Positions 10,319 to 21,438 of a stretch of DNA of 64,000 nucleotides are shown here, piece by piece. This DNA is from Candidatus Spongiisociaceae bacterium. GTDB lineage: Bacteria; Actinomycetota; Acidimicrobiia; Spongiisociales; Spongiisociaceae. The notes under the pieces were generated by a model that saw only the letters and a list, made by a program, of their open reading frames with translations, did no database searches and was not told where the DNA came from. The stretch lies in assembly GCA_965262915.1 (NCBI GenBank), contig OZ253564.1:416001-480000 (forward strand), read 5' to 3'. The position numbers and the translations under genes were made by a program. Positions within the stretch are counted from its first letter, which is position 1. The number at the start of each line of letters is the position of its first letter.

Positions 10319-10838
10319 GCGTGCTTGACGGGGGTCATCTCGGTCACCGTGTCGGCAATCTCGATCAAGCGGGCCGGAGCGTCGCGTCCGGTGATCACCA
10401 CGTTGACGTTCGCGGGCCGGTTGGCGACGGTGGAGACCACCTCGTCCTCGTCGATCCAACCCCAGTTGATCGGGTAGGTGATCTCGTCTAGGACCACGAG
10501 TCGGTGCTTGCCTTCCTCGATCCGCATCCGGGCCAGGCGCCAGGCATCGCGGTTCAGGTCGGCGGAGCGGTCGAGATCCTCGCTGTCCCACGAGAACCCG
10601 TCACCCCCGGCGTCCCAGTCGACCCCGAGACGGCGGCCGACCTTCTCCTCGCCCACCTTCCACTTGTCCGATTTGATGAACTGCACCACGGCCACCTGCC
10701 AGTTGCGGGCGACCGATCGCATCACCATCCCCATGGCGGCGGTGCTCTTGCCCTTGCCATCCCCGGTGTTGACGATCACCACCGAGCGGGCCCTCCTCAC
10801 GTCGGGGCGACGGGGGTCGTCCGTGGGGGGACCTTCGG

Positions 10839-10842
<4 letters not shown>
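10276..10842 (-). CDS. cobO: Cob(I)alamin adenosyltransferase (CobO/BtuR)
   Basis: NTGDGKGKSTAA, VQFIK, VLDEI, ITGR, ADTVTEM, C-terminal GIDF. Confidence 0.95.
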
Positions 10843-11614
<772 letters not shown>

Positions 11615-11618
<4 letters not shown>

Positions 11619-12661
11619 GCCACGTACCGCCGCGTGGTGCGCAGCACGACCATGAAGAAGGGCGCCCCGATGAAGGCGGTGATGACGCCGATCGGAATCT
11701 CGGCCGGGCTGACCACCGTCCGGGCGGCCAGGTCGGCCAGGATCAGGAAGGCGGCGCCCGCAACCGCGGAAATCGGAATCAGCGAGCGGTAGCTGACCCC
11801 CACCAGCAGCCGGATCGTGTGAGGAACGACGAGGCCGACGAAGGCGATGAGGCCGCTGACCGCCACCGCGGCCGCGGTCGCCAGCGTGGCGAAGATCACC
11901 ACGGTGGTCCGCACCCGTGATGATGACACCCCCAGGCCCTGGGCCTCCTCGTCGCCGACGCTCATCACGTCGAGCAACCGCCGGTGCATCACCAGAGCCG
12001 CCCCGCACACCACCGCGTAGGGGATCAGGATCAACACCTCGCTCCAGCCGGTGGTGACCAGCCGGCCGAGGATCCAGGAGTAGACCTGCCGGATGGTGTC
12101 GGCATGGCGCTGGAGGATGAACGTCTGGAGAGCGGTGAAGAAAGCTGCCACCGCCACGCCGGCCAGGATGAGCGACACCGCGCTGCGGCCACCCATCGAG
12201 CGACCCACCGCGTAGGTGAGCACCGCCGCGGCAAGGGCGCCGACGAAGGCGGCGATGGGAAGCAGGCGGGGGTCGGCCGAGGGAAGCAGGGCGATGGCCG
12301 CAGTGGCGCCCAGGCCGCCCCCCGCCGCTACCCCCAGTAGGTACGGATCTGCCAGGGGATTGCGGAATACGCCCTGGTAGGAGGCCCCGGCCAGCGAGAG
12401 GAGTCCGCCCACCAGGCCTCCGAGTACCACTCTGGGCAAGCGGATCTCCCAGATGATCGCCCTATGGGTCTCGGAAAGGCCCGACGGGCGCCCAACGAGC
12501 GGCCCGGCCACCAGTTCCCGTATGACCTGCCACGGATCGAGCCCGGCGGGCCCCACCGCAATCCCGGCCAGCGCGGCGGCGGCCAGTACGGACAGCGCCA
12601 ACCCAAGCCAGCCCCACCGCACCCGGGTGGGGTCGAGGGCGGTGCCCGGCAGGGAGGTCAC
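11615..12661 (-). CDS. FecCD/BtuC family permease
   Basis: IRLPR, QGVFRNPLADPYLLG, GLIAFVGLVVPH, EIPIG motifs. Confidence 0.92.
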
Positions 12662-13716
12662 CGGGCGCCGTTCTCGAGGAGGCTCGCCAGGGTATGGCCG
12701 ATCAGCTGGACGAACTCGATCAGCCTGGGTCCCCAGCGACTGCTGATGTCGTCGTCCACTTCGACCACCGATCCGTTGCGGACGGCCTGCAGTCCGCTCC
12801 ACCCGGGCCGCTCGGAGATGGCCTCGGCGCTGGTCCCGCACCAGACCGCGCATCCGTAGAAGATGAGGTCCGGGTCGGCCTCGATGATGTACTCGGCGGA
12901 GAGCTGCGGGTAGCCCGACCCGTCGACGCCGGCCGCGTCGGCGATGTTCTCCAACCCGAAAAGGGCATAGACGTTGCCGATGAAGGTGGCCGAGGTGGCC
13001 GAGTAGAGGGTGTTGTCGACCTCGTGGTAGTAGGTGAGGCTCCGGTCCGAGACGCCGTAGCTCGCCACCAGGTCGGCGATCTCGGCCTGTATGGAAGCCA
13101 CCAGGTCCTCGGCTGCGACCCGGTTGCCCGTAGTATCACCGAGTTGGCGCATCTGGAGGTAGGCGTCGTCGATGCTGAGGGCCGGCGGCTGGACGAGGAC
13201 CGGGATGCCTAGAGCCTCGAGGCCCTCCTGCACCTCGCCCGGATCCCAGGAGATCACCACCAGGTCCGGCTCGTAGGAGGCGATGGCCTCCACGTTTGGT
13301 TGGAAGGCGTTGAGGTCGGTGACCGGGGCCTCGGGCGGGAAGTCGGACGTGGAGTCCACGGCCGTGATCCGGTCACCTGCTCCGAGGGCGAACAGGATCT
13401 CGGTGGCGGTGGCCGACAGCGAGATTATCGCCACCGGCTCCTGCGGAATCACGACCCCCGCCACCGTGACCGGGAACCCTGTCGCCTCCACCCCAGTGGT
13501 GTTTGTGGTCGGCGCGGCGGCGGTCGTGGACGGGACATCCAATGCGGCTGTGGTATCCGTGACGGGCAGGCCGGCCGTGGTATCGGTGATAGGCCGATCG
13601 ACCGTCATATCCGTGGCCCTGATCGTTGATGTGGCCGGGGGGGTCTCCGCTTCCTGAGCGCCGCACGCGCCGACTACCAGGAGCAGGAGAGCAGTTAGTA
13701 GGTGCTTTCCTCGCAA
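12658..13716 (-). CDS. Cobalamin-binding lipoprotein (BtuF-like)
   Basis: AGGAGG RBS 10 nt before TTG; lipobox VGAC; IISLSATATEILFALG, PNVEAIASYEPDLV, WGPR. Confidence 0.88.
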   Translation of the reverse strand: MRGKHLLTALLLLVVGACGAQEAETPPATSTIRATDMTVDRPITDTTAGLPVTDTTAALDVPSTTAAAPTTNTTGVEATGFPVTVAGVVIPQEPVAIISLSATATEILFALGAGDRITAVDSTSDFPPEAPVTDLNAFQPNVEAIASYEPDLVVISWDPGEVQEGLEALGIPVLVQPPALSIDDAYLQMRQLGDTTGNRVAAEDLVASIQAEIADLVASYGVSDRSLTYYHEVDNTLYSATSATFIGNVYALFGLENIADAAGVDGSGYPQLSAEYIIEADPDLIFYGCAVWCGTSAEAISERPGWSGLQAVRNGSVVEVDDDISSRWGPRLIEFVQLIGHTLASLLENGAR

Positions 13717-13817
13717 GAAAAAACATCCTCCTTGGATCGGGGAGGATGAAGAGAGATCGTCAGATTCCGGGGAGGGAACCGGCACGACCAACCCTTCCTC
13801 CGAGAACTGATACGCGA

Positions 13818-13920
13818 CCATGGGTCAGGCGGCCTGGCTCGTCCCCTTCCCGAGGATGGGGCTTGACAGTTGCGGGACAGCGCCGGACTCCAACCGGACT
13901 TCGCTGATCCCCATGGCACC
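13818..13920 (-). promoter_or_regulatory. Cobalamin riboswitch
   Basis: Minus strand reads GAAGTCCGGTTGGAGTCCGGCGCTGTCCCGCAACTGT...GAGCCAGGCCGCCTGACC (core and B12-box), directly upstream of the btuF-like gene. Confidence 0.9.
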
Positions 13921-14133
13921 CGGTTGTCTCTCCGGGCCAACCCGTACTATAGCGCCGGTGGCCGGTGGTCGGTGGACTAACTGAACCCCGGCTCGCTACC
14001 ATCACTCGACGAGAGGCGACGCGCGATCCGTTCGCCTTTGCTAGCAGCCGCGGCGGGCACCGATCCTGATCGCGTTCGTACCCCGGTAGCGCGGTAGGCG
14101 AGCAATCGAGGACTGCAATCCCGGAGTTCCACG

Positions 14134-15237
14134 ATGACGAACTACTCGGTAACCCTTTCCGAAGTGCTGGACCGGATACGTCCTGCGGACGGTGCCGCTG
14201 CCGAACGGGCCGCCGCCAGGCACCTGACGCTCACCAAACCTCCCGGCAGCCTGGGACGATTGGAGGAACTCTCGGTCCGGCTGGCCGGGATCCTCGGGGT
14301 CGACCAGCCGGTGATCCTGGGCAAGGCGGTGATAGTGGCGGCCGGGGACCATGGCGTCGTCGCGCAGGGGGTAACCGGCTATCCGCAGGCCGTGACTGCC
14401 CAGATGGCGCGGAACTTCCTGGCGGGCGGAGCGGCCATCAGCGTGATGTCTCGCCTGGGCGGCGTACGCCAGATCGTTGTCGATGCGGGAATCGCGTCGG
14501 CCGAGTTGCCGGACCACCCTGACCTCCGGACCGTAAGGGTCGGGCGGGGGACTGCCGATATCAGTAAGGGTGCGGCAATGTCCAGGGAGCAGGCGGTTTG
14601 TTGCCTCGAGGCGGGTGCCGAGTTGGCTGCGGAGGTTGCGGAGGGGGGCGCCGACCTGATCGCCACCGGCGATATGGGCATCGGAAACACCACCCCTTCG
14701 AGCGCCATCACGGCCGCCATCACCGGTACGAGCCCCGTCGAGGCCACTGGTAAGGGCACCGGCCGCACTCCGGGAGAACTGCGCCGCAAGGTAGCCGTGG
14801 TGGGAAGGGCGCTGGAGGTCAACGCTCCTGACCGGCGTGACCCGATCGACGTTCTGGCCAAGGTGGGAGGGTTCGAGATCGGGGTGCTCGCCGGGGTCGT
14901 GCTGGGGGCAGCCTCCGAGCAGCGGGCGGTCGTCCTTGATGGGTTCATTTCGGGCGCGGCGGCGCTCATCGCCCACGGCCTCAGCCCGGCGGTCCGTGAC
15001 TACATGATCGCTTCCCACCGCTCCGCGGAGAGGGGGCACCGGGCGGTCCTGTCCTATCTGGGACTCCATCCACTGCTGGACCTCGGGATGCGCCTCGGGG
15101 AGGGAACCGGAGCGGTCCTGGCCATGGGCATCATCGAAGCCGCCGCCGCGTGCCTCAACGGGATGGCCACATTCGGGGAGGCAGGCGTTTCGGACCGCCC
15201 GGGCGACGATGGGGTGGTGGAGGACGCCGGGGGATGA
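14134..15237 (+). CDS. cobT: Nicotinate-nucleotide:dimethylbenzimidazole phosphoribosyltransferase
   Basis: LTKPPGSLGRLEE, AGDHG, GDMGIGNTT, GGFEI, LGMRLGEGTGA, MATFGEAGV. Confidence 0.96.
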   Translation: MTNYSVTLSEVLDRIRPADGAAAERAAARHLTLTKPPGSLGRLEELSVRLAGILGVDQPVILGKAVIVAAGDHGVVAQGVTGYPQAVTAQMARNFLAGGAAISVMSRLGGVRQIVVDAGIASAELPDHPDLRTVRVGRGTADISKGAAMSREQAVCCLEAGAELAAEVAEGGADLIATGDMGIGNTTPSSAITAAITGTSPVEATGKGTGRTPGELRRKVAVVGRALEVNAPDRRDPIDVLAKVGGFEIGVLAGVVLGAASEQRAVVLDGFISGAAALIAHGLSPAVRDYMIASHRSAERGHRAVLSYLGLHPLLDLGMRLGEGTGAVLAMGIIEAAAACLNGMATFGEAGVSDRPGDDGVVEDAGG

Positions 15238-16160
15238 GCGGGCTACGGGCCGCCATCGGTTTCCTGACGATCCTTCCGGGCGCACCACGGGGCCCGGCCA
15301 CCGGTCTGTCGAAGGCCCCGGCCTGGTTCCCGGTCGTGGGCCTACTCCTAGGGGTGATCGTTGCCCTGCTGGATGGGTTGTTCCGCCTGGGATACTTGAT
15401 GCTCCGGACCCGGTCCGTGCTGGGTGCCGACGAACTCCACTCCCTGCTCATCGGGTCCCTGCAGCCTCAATACCTCGTGGAGAGCATTATCCACATGGGT
15501 GGCACCGGCCCTATCTCGATCGTGTCCCGGGAGGTTCCGTTCCTCCTGGAGGGGGTGGTGTTGGTAGCCGTGGCGGCCTTGCTGACCCGCGGTTTGCACC
15601 TGGACGGCTTCATGGACACCTGCGATGCGCTGGCGGGCGGGCACGATCGTGAGCGGCGACTGGAACTGCTCAGAGATCCGCACGTGGGGGCCTTCGGCGT
15701 CGTCGGCGTCGTTCTCCTGCTCCTCGTCAAGTGCTCGTCAATGGCTGCCCTGCCTGCGGAGAGCCGGCTATGGACGATCGCGCTGGTTCCCTGCCTGTCC
15801 CGCTGGGCCATCCTGGTCGTGATGGACCGGTTCCCTTACGTGCGTCGCGAGGGCCTCGGCACGGCGTTCCTCCGTGGTGGCAGCCGGCGGAGCCTGCTGG
15901 CTGGCTCGGCGGTAGCCGTGGTAGCGACCATGGTGTTGACCGGTCCGTTGGGCCTCCTGCTCACGGCGGCGGCCGGCCTCATCGCCGGCGCGGTCGGGGC
16001 GTGGGCAAAGCGACGCATCGGTGGTGTGACCGGAGACATCTACGGGGCGGCATGCGAAACGAGCGAAGCCGTGGTGCTCGTGCTGGCGGTGGTCATCACC
16101 CTGGGTGATCCGGGGGCGCTCGCCTCACCGCTTCTCGCTCTGATAGACACGCCTGTCTGA
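15234..16160 (+). CDS. cobS: Adenosylcobinamide-GDP ribazoletransferase
   Basis: FLTILP, WFPVVG, GLHLDGFMDTCD, GAFG, GGVTGDIYGA. Confidence 0.93.
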   Translation: MSGLRAAIGFLTILPGAPRGPATGLSKAPAWFPVVGLLLGVIVALLDGLFRLGYLMLRTRSVLGADELHSLLIGSLQPQYLVESIIHMGGTGPISIVSREVPFLLEGVVLVAVAALLTRGLHLDGFMDTCDALAGGHDRERRLELLRDPHVGAFGVVGVVLLLLVKCSSMAALPAESRLWTIALVPCLSRWAILVVMDRFPYVRREGLGTAFLRGGSRRSLLAGSAVAVVATMVLTGPLGLLLTAAAGLIAGAVGAWAKRRIGGVTGDIYGAACETSEAVVLVLAVVITLGDPGALASPLLALIDTPV

Positions 16161-16171
16161 GGAGTTGCCGG

Positions 16172-16830
16172 ATGTGGTCGGGCGAGTGGCGTGTCGAGGC
16201 GGCGACCCTGCTCTGCGCGGTCGTGCTGGACCTGGCAACGCGGGAGGCCCCACCCGCCCTCCACCCGGTTGTGTGGATGAGAAGGCTGATCGCGTGGCTG
16301 GAAGGGCTCCTGCCCGCTCCGGAACGTAAGGCGGCTTCGCTGGCGGCAGGGATCGGCCTCGCCGGAGTTATACCGGCTGTGTTCGAGGGTCTTGCCCGGC
16401 ATGGTCGCCGTAGCAATGCGCCAGGTGCATCCCGTCGCCTATGTGGTCGTGGGAGCCGTTCTCCTCAGCACGACCTTCGCGGTCAGGGAACCGGGACGCG
16501 CCGCCACAAGAACGCAAGTGGCCATGGAAGCGGGCGACGGCGACGGCGCTCCTCGAAGCCTGGTCAGCCACGACACCCGGACCCTGGCGCCACCGATGGT
16601 AGCGATGGCTGCCAGCGAGTCCGTCGCCGAGAACACCCCGGATGGCTTCGTCGGTCCGTGGCTGGCATTTGCCCTGTTCGGGCTGCCGGGGGCGTTCGAC
16701 TACCGGGCGATCAACACCCTGGACAGCATGATCGGCTACCGGGCAGGTACGAGTACCTAGGCAAGGCCTCCGCCAGGCTCGACGATCTGGTCAACCTGAT
16801 CCCGTCCGCGCCTCAGCGTCCTGTTGATGG
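16172..16830 (+). pseudogene. cbiB: Adenosylcobinamide-phosphate synthase CbiB/CobD, frameshifted and truncated
   Basis: HPVVWM in one frame, ESVAEN..YRAINTLDSMIGY in a second, GKASARLDDLVNLIP back in the first; C-terminal third absent. Confidence 0.85.
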
Positions 16831-17024
16831 TGGTTACGGTCGACAAAGTACTCGAGGAGGTGACGTCCGCTCTGGACGTGGCCCTCGACGTTGAAGACCT
16901 GTTCGGTGCAGTCCCGGCTCGCCAGAGGTGCTGGATGGACCGGTATTCGGGTTACGGGAGGACGCGGGGAGAGACGGCGCAGGCGACCAGCCGCGACTTC
17001 GGAGACGAGCCTGAAGGAAGATCA

Positions 17025-17654
17025 ATGCGTAGATGGTTCTTCGTACGACACGGGCAGACGGACTGGAATCGGGTCGGGCGGGCGCAGGGCCAATCCGACC
17101 CACCCCTGAATAAGGAGGGGCACCGGCAGGCGCAAGCCGTCGCTGCCCGCTTGAAGCGAGCGGACTTCGTTGCGGCCTACACCAGTGACCTGGGCCGGGC
17201 CGTGGACACCGCGGCGCCCATCATGCGCGGTCGGGATGCCCCGATGATCCATCGGATCGATCTGAGGGAGAAACACTTCGGTGAGTGGGAGGGAATGACC
17301 TTTGACGAGGTCAGAAGGAAATACCCCCGCATGTATGAGAGGTTGTTCGACGAGAAGCCGGAATTCGCCCCACCCGGAGGCGAGAGCGACATGGCGCTAC
17401 GCGCCCGGGCAGTCGCCGCCTTCGCTCGGATCGCCTACCGGCACTCCGGTACCGAAGGAAACGTGCTGGTGGTTTCTCATGGCGGCACCCTACGCGCAAT
17501 GATTGTCTCCATGCTCGGGCTGCCCATCGACGCCATGTGGAGGTTTCGACTGTCGAATGCGGGACTCTCCATCGTCACCGTGTTCGACGAGGGGAGCGCG
17601 ACCCTGGATCTGCTCAACGACACCAGCCATCTGGGAGCAGGCTTCGATGTCTGA
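17025..17654 (+). CDS. cobC: Histidine phosphatase family, probable alpha-ribazole phosphatase
   Basis: VRHGQTDWN, SDLGRA, LREKHFGEWEG, GGES, VSHGG; cob context. Confidence 0.85.
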   Translation: MRRWFFVRHGQTDWNRVGRAQGQSDPPLNKEGHRQAQAVAARLKRADFVAAYTSDLGRAVDTAAPIMRGRDAPMIHRIDLREKHFGEWEGMTFDEVRRKYPRMYERLFDEKPEFAPPGGESDMALRARAVAAFARIAYRHSGTEGNVLVVSHGGTLRAMIVSMLGLPIDAMWRFRLSNAGLSIVTVFDEGSATLDLLNDTSHLGAGFDV

Positions 17655-18282
17655 CGGCTCAATCCGGGCCGCGGCTTGCCCCGGCGAGCTCGTACTCGTT
17701 CTAGGAGGTGCTCGCTCCGGAAAGAGCACCACGGCGGAACGCATGGCGAGGGGTGGGGAAAGGGTGCTGTTCATCGCTACTGCAGAAGCCCTCGACGAGG
17801 CAATGCACAGGCGCATCGCGTCTCACCGCCGCTACCGGCCGGAGCATTGGGATACCCTCGAGGAGCCGATCCACCTCAACAGAGCCGTCCGGCCGATCAT
17901 TGATCGGCCGATCATTGATCGCTATGACACTTTCATCCTCGACTGCCTGACCCTGTGGGTGAGCAACCTTCTCCTTGAGAACGAGGAGGCCCCCGGCGCG
18001 GAGAGCATGATTCTCGAGACGGTGAGGCGTCTGCTCGACCTGATCGACGCAGCGGGCGGCAGGTGGATCCTGGTCAGCAACGAGGTCGGCCAGGGCATCG
18101 TGCCCGCCTCACCGCTCGGAAGGGAGTACCGGGACGTGCTGGGGCGCGTCAATCAGCTGGTTGCATCAAGGGCAGATAAGGCCTACCTGATGGTGGCCGG
18201 TCTGGCCTTGGAGCTCAAGTCCCTCGAGGATCGGTCATCAGGCCCGGGTCGGGGGGAGGCCATCGTCGACGAGCCCCGATGA
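17647..18282 (+). CDS. cobU: Bifunctional adenosylcobinamide kinase/guanylyltransferase
   Basis: GGARSGKS, IATA, EEP, DCLTLWVSN, SNEVG, GRVNQ, MVAG; 15-bp in-frame duplication (RPIID twice). Confidence 0.95.
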   Translation: MSDGSIRAAACPGELVLVLGGARSGKSTTAERMARGGERVLFIATAEALDEAMHRRIASHRRYRPEHWDTLEEPIHLNRAVRPIIDRPIIDRYDTFILDCLTLWVSNLLLENEEAPGAESMILETVRRLLDLIDAAGGRWILVSNEVGQGIVPASPLGREYRDVLGRVNQLVASRADKAYLMVAGLALELKSLEDRSSGPGRGEAIVDEPR

Positions 18283-18873
18283 CCGCGCTGGGCCGGCCAC
18301 ATCCGCCGGGGCGTCCGCGACAGCGCCGGGTACGTGCGCGGAACGGGCACAAGCGCCCCTCGACGGGGAAGACGTCCTGGCCTCCAGTTGGACCTGGGTG
18401 TAGCGAACCTGTAACACGTCGATCGTCACGTCGTCCCGCTCACCGAGAGGCCTCGGATCGACATCCGAAGTGCCGTCGGGGGACGGAGACAGCGCCAGAA
18501 TCGCCTCGCGGTGGGCCTCGGAGTCGTCGGTGAAGGCCACCACCACGGCACCGTTCTCCCGGTCGATCCACCTCCCGCCGTAGGTCTCGGCATGCTCGTC
18601 CCGATAAGTGCCGATCAGTTCCATAACCACGGGGTTAGGATTCTGGCGGGCACCTAGGTTGCCCTCCAGGCGCGACACGAGTGCTGGCACCTTGTCGCAG
18701 CGCTCGAGCCCGACCGCGTCCACTGCCGCATCCTGGGCAACACCCTGAGCGGACACAGACCCGATGGTGTCGGCATCCCGCGTCGGGTCGTCCCGCAGTA
18801 TCAGCATCGCTCCGACGACCCCAACCGTCACAGCCCCGACGGCGGCGACGACAAGAAACCTGATCCTGCGCAT
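18238..18873 (-). CDS. Membrane-anchored/secreted hypothetical protein, possibly 3'-truncated
   Basis: N-terminal basic plus hydrophobic segment; ETYGGRWID..VVVAFTDD segment; low-complexity tail overlapping cobU. Confidence 0.55.
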   Translation of the reverse strand: MRRIRFLVVAAVGAVTVGVVGAMLILRDDPTRDADTIGSVSAQGVAQDAAVDAVGLERCDKVPALVSRLEGNLGARQNPNPVVMELIGTYRDEHAETYGGRWIDRENGAVVVAFTDDSEAHREAILALSPSPDGTSDVDPRPLGERDDVTIDVLQVRYTQVQLEARTSSPSRGACARSAHVPGAVADAPADVAGPARSSGLVDDGLPPTRA

Positions 18874-19206
18874 CCGCCACCGATGTTCGTTCGCTTACTG
18901 CCCGCCAGCCGAATGGTAGAACAGGAGTCCAGCCGTACTGTCCCAGGTTGGGTCTGGTGGCGGGTCGGCCTCCCGGATGGCTCCTGCATCTCGAGAACCC
19001 CCTCGCCAACCGGAGACTGATCGACCCCTGCGTGTGAGGTGGAGCCTTACGTCCGCTTTCTAGCCTGCCGAGGCAAGAACCCCACATCTGAGACAGGTTC
19101 CGGGTACCACTTCCCCGTGGTGGGTCGAGCGATGCTGACAGTCACCCCCGGCGGGCCTCGGATAGGGTGTGGGGACTGACCGGTACGTCACGCTCCGGGG
19201 AAGCAC

Positions 19207-20556
19207 ATGGAAGTCACGACGATTCGAACCGACGGATTGGGAGACAGCACCTACCTGCTCACCCACGACGGGGGCGGCGTGGTCGTCGATCCCCAGCGGG
19301 ACGTGGAGCGCTTCGAGCAGGCCGTGTCAGACACCGGCGTCGACCTCACCCATGTTCTTGAGACCCACATCCACAATGACTACGTATCGGGCGGCCGCGA
19401 GCTGGCCCGGCGCACAGGTGCCCGGCTCGCGCTACCAGCGGCCGCCGGCGCGGCCTTCGATCACTTCCCTGCCTTCCACAACGAGGAACTCGCCGATGGC
19501 CCTGTGGTCATCCGGCCGGTGCACACTCCCGGCCACACTCCGGAGCACATGAGCTACGTGATCCTCGTCGAGGAGGAGATCGTGGCGGTGTTCTCCGGGG
19601 GGAGCCTGCTGGTCGGCTCGGCAGGACGCCCCGATCTCCTGGGAGACGACCGGGCCGAACAGTTGGCTCGCCTCCAGTACCTATCGGTCAGCCGCCTTGC
19701 CGAGCTTCCCAACGATACCGGCCTGTACCCCACCCACGGCGAGGGTTCGTTCTGCACTGCTTCGGGGGCGGGGCGTTCCACCTCGACGATCGGTCTGGAG
19801 CGGCGGACGAATCCTGTGCTGGCGTACCCCGACGCCGAGGCCTTCGTCGCCGGTCAACTGGCCGGCCTGCAGCCCTTCCCCGACTACTACGCCCACATGG
19901 GTCCGATCAACCTCATGGGTCCCGAGTCCCCGGCGCCGCGGGAACTCGACGAACTGGACCCGTCGGACCTGCCCGGCGACGCCACTCTGGTGGATATACG
20001 GCCGCGCCCTGCCTACGCGGCGGGTCACATCCCCGGGTCGCTGGGGATAGAGATGAGCGATCAGGTTGCGGTGTGGGCGGGTTGGCTGCTGCCCTTCGAC
20101 AGCCCGGTGGTCCTCGTCGCTCAGCGAGAACAGGACGTGGAGGAGGTCGTCCGCCAGTTCGGGCGGATCGGCTTCGACGACATGCTGGGCGTCGTGTACG
20201 GCGTCGAGGGCTGGGCGGAGGCCGGAGGCGCCCTGGCTTCGTTCGAGACCAGAACCACGGACGAGCTGGCTCTCGCGATCGCAACGGGTGACGACCCCCA
20301 GGTGCTCGATGTTCGCTCTCCGGGGGAATGGGAAGAGGGACGGATCGAGGGTTCTGCCCACCGCTACGCGCCGTACCTGAAGGATGGGCTTCCGGGAGGG
20401 TTGGACCGGTCCAGAGACCTGTGGGTGACGTGTGGGAGCGGGTACCGAGCCTTCGTGGGCAGCGCGTCTCTCGAAGGCGAGGGACTGCGGCTGATAGTCG
20501 TCACCCCGGGCGGGGTTCCTGACGTGCTGGAGAGGCTGTCCCGGCTGACCTCCTGA
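19207..20556 (+). CDS. MBL-fold hydrolase fused to two rhodanese-like domains (persulfide dioxygenase/sulfurtransferase-like)
   Basis: ETHIHNDYVSG, TPGHTPEH, PTHG, DIR..GHIPG, DVR..EW, CGSGYR active loop. Confidence 0.9.
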   Translation: MEVTTIRTDGLGDSTYLLTHDGGGVVVDPQRDVERFEQAVSDTGVDLTHVLETHIHNDYVSGGRELARRTGARLALPAAAGAAFDHFPAFHNEELADGPVVIRPVHTPGHTPEHMSYVILVEEEIVAVFSGGSLLVGSAGRPDLLGDDRAEQLARLQYLSVSRLAELPNDTGLYPTHGEGSFCTASGAGRSTSTIGLERRTNPVLAYPDAEAFVAGQLAGLQPFPDYYAHMGPINLMGPESPAPRELDELDPSDLPGDATLVDIRPRPAYAAGHIPGSLGIEMSDQVAVWAGWLLPFDSPVVLVAQREQDVEEVVRQFGRIGFDDMLGVVYGVEGWAEAGGALASFETRTTDELALAIATGDDPQVLDVRSPGEWEEGRIEGSAHRYAPYLKDGLPGGLDRSRDLWVTCGSGYRAFVGSASLEGEGLRLIVVTPGGVPDVLERLSRLTS

Positions 20557-20568
20557 AGGCGCCGACCT

Positions 20569-21438
20569 CTACGGGAGGACTTGCTCCAGAGCCGGGCCGA
20601 TCTCCGACGGGGTGTCCAGCACGGTGGCGCCTGCTCCCTCCAGCGCCAACCGCTTCGATGCGTACGAGCCCCTGTCCCCCTGGAAGATCGCTCCGGCATG
20701 GCCCATCCTGCGATCCGGAGGCGACGCGCGGCCGGCGACGAAGGCCACGACAGGCTTGCTCATCTCCCGTACGCACGTGGCGGCGTCCTCTTCCATGTCG
20801 CCACCGATCTCGCCGATCAGCACGACCGCAAGGGTTCGCCGGTCCCTCTCCAGAACCTGCAGAGCGTCCCGCGTGCGGGTCCCGACCACCGGGTCGCCTC
20901 CGATCCCGACGAACGCCGACTGGCCGAATCCTGCTCTGACGATGTTCAGGCAAGCCAGGGTGCCGAGACTCCCGCTGCGCGAGACGACCCCCACCCGGCC
21001 TGGGCGGAAGATCGAAGGATCGAAGGCCGGCATGAAACCGACGAAGCACTCGCCCGGAGTCACCAGCCCCGCCGTATTGGGGCCGACCACCGCGGTCCCG
21101 GCTTCCCGGGCGGCGGCGAGCAGGTGCATGACATCCCGGACCGGGACATGCTCGGTGAGGATCACCAGCTTGGGCGCGCCGGCGCCGATGGCATCCAGGG
21201 CGGCGGCCTTCACGCTGAGCGGGGGGACGAACAGCACCGCGACGTCGAATACGGAGCGGTCCATAGCGTCCGGTGCGCTTCCGTAGACCGGGACGCCACA
21301 ATGGGCGATGCCGGCCTTCCTCGGGCTGACACCCGCCACCACCCGGGTTCCATATTCCTGCATGCGGACGGTCCAATACGTTGCTTGCCGCCCGGTGATT
21401 CCCTGGATCAGGACTCGCTCGTAGCCGCGGACGATCAT
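20569..21438 (-). CDS. ADP-forming acyl-CoA ligase alpha subunit (SucD-like)
   Basis: QGITG, GPNTAG, SRSGSL, GIGGD, IGEIGG, RMGHAGA (phospho-His). Confidence 0.9.
   Translation of the reverse strand: MIVRGYERVLIQGITGRQATYWTVRMQEYGTRVVAGVSPRKAGIAHCGVPVYGSAPDAMDRSVFDVAVLFVPPLSVKAAALDAIGAGAPKLVILTEHVPVRDVMHLLAAAREAGTAVVGPNTAGLVTPGECFVGFMPAFDPSIFRPGRVGVVSRSGSLGTLACLNIVRAGFGQSAFVGIGGDPVVGTRTRDALQVLERDRRTLAVVLIGEIGGDMEEDAATCVREMSKPVVAFVAGRASPPDRRMGHAGAIFQGDRGSYASKRLALEGAGATVLDTPSEIGPALEQVLP

Noticed and set aside
13373-13726. ATG directly after AGGAGG followed by T6, as a phase-variable start of btuF
   Set aside because: An in-frame TTG at 13716 has normal RBS spacing and explains the gene; T6 is short for phase variation.
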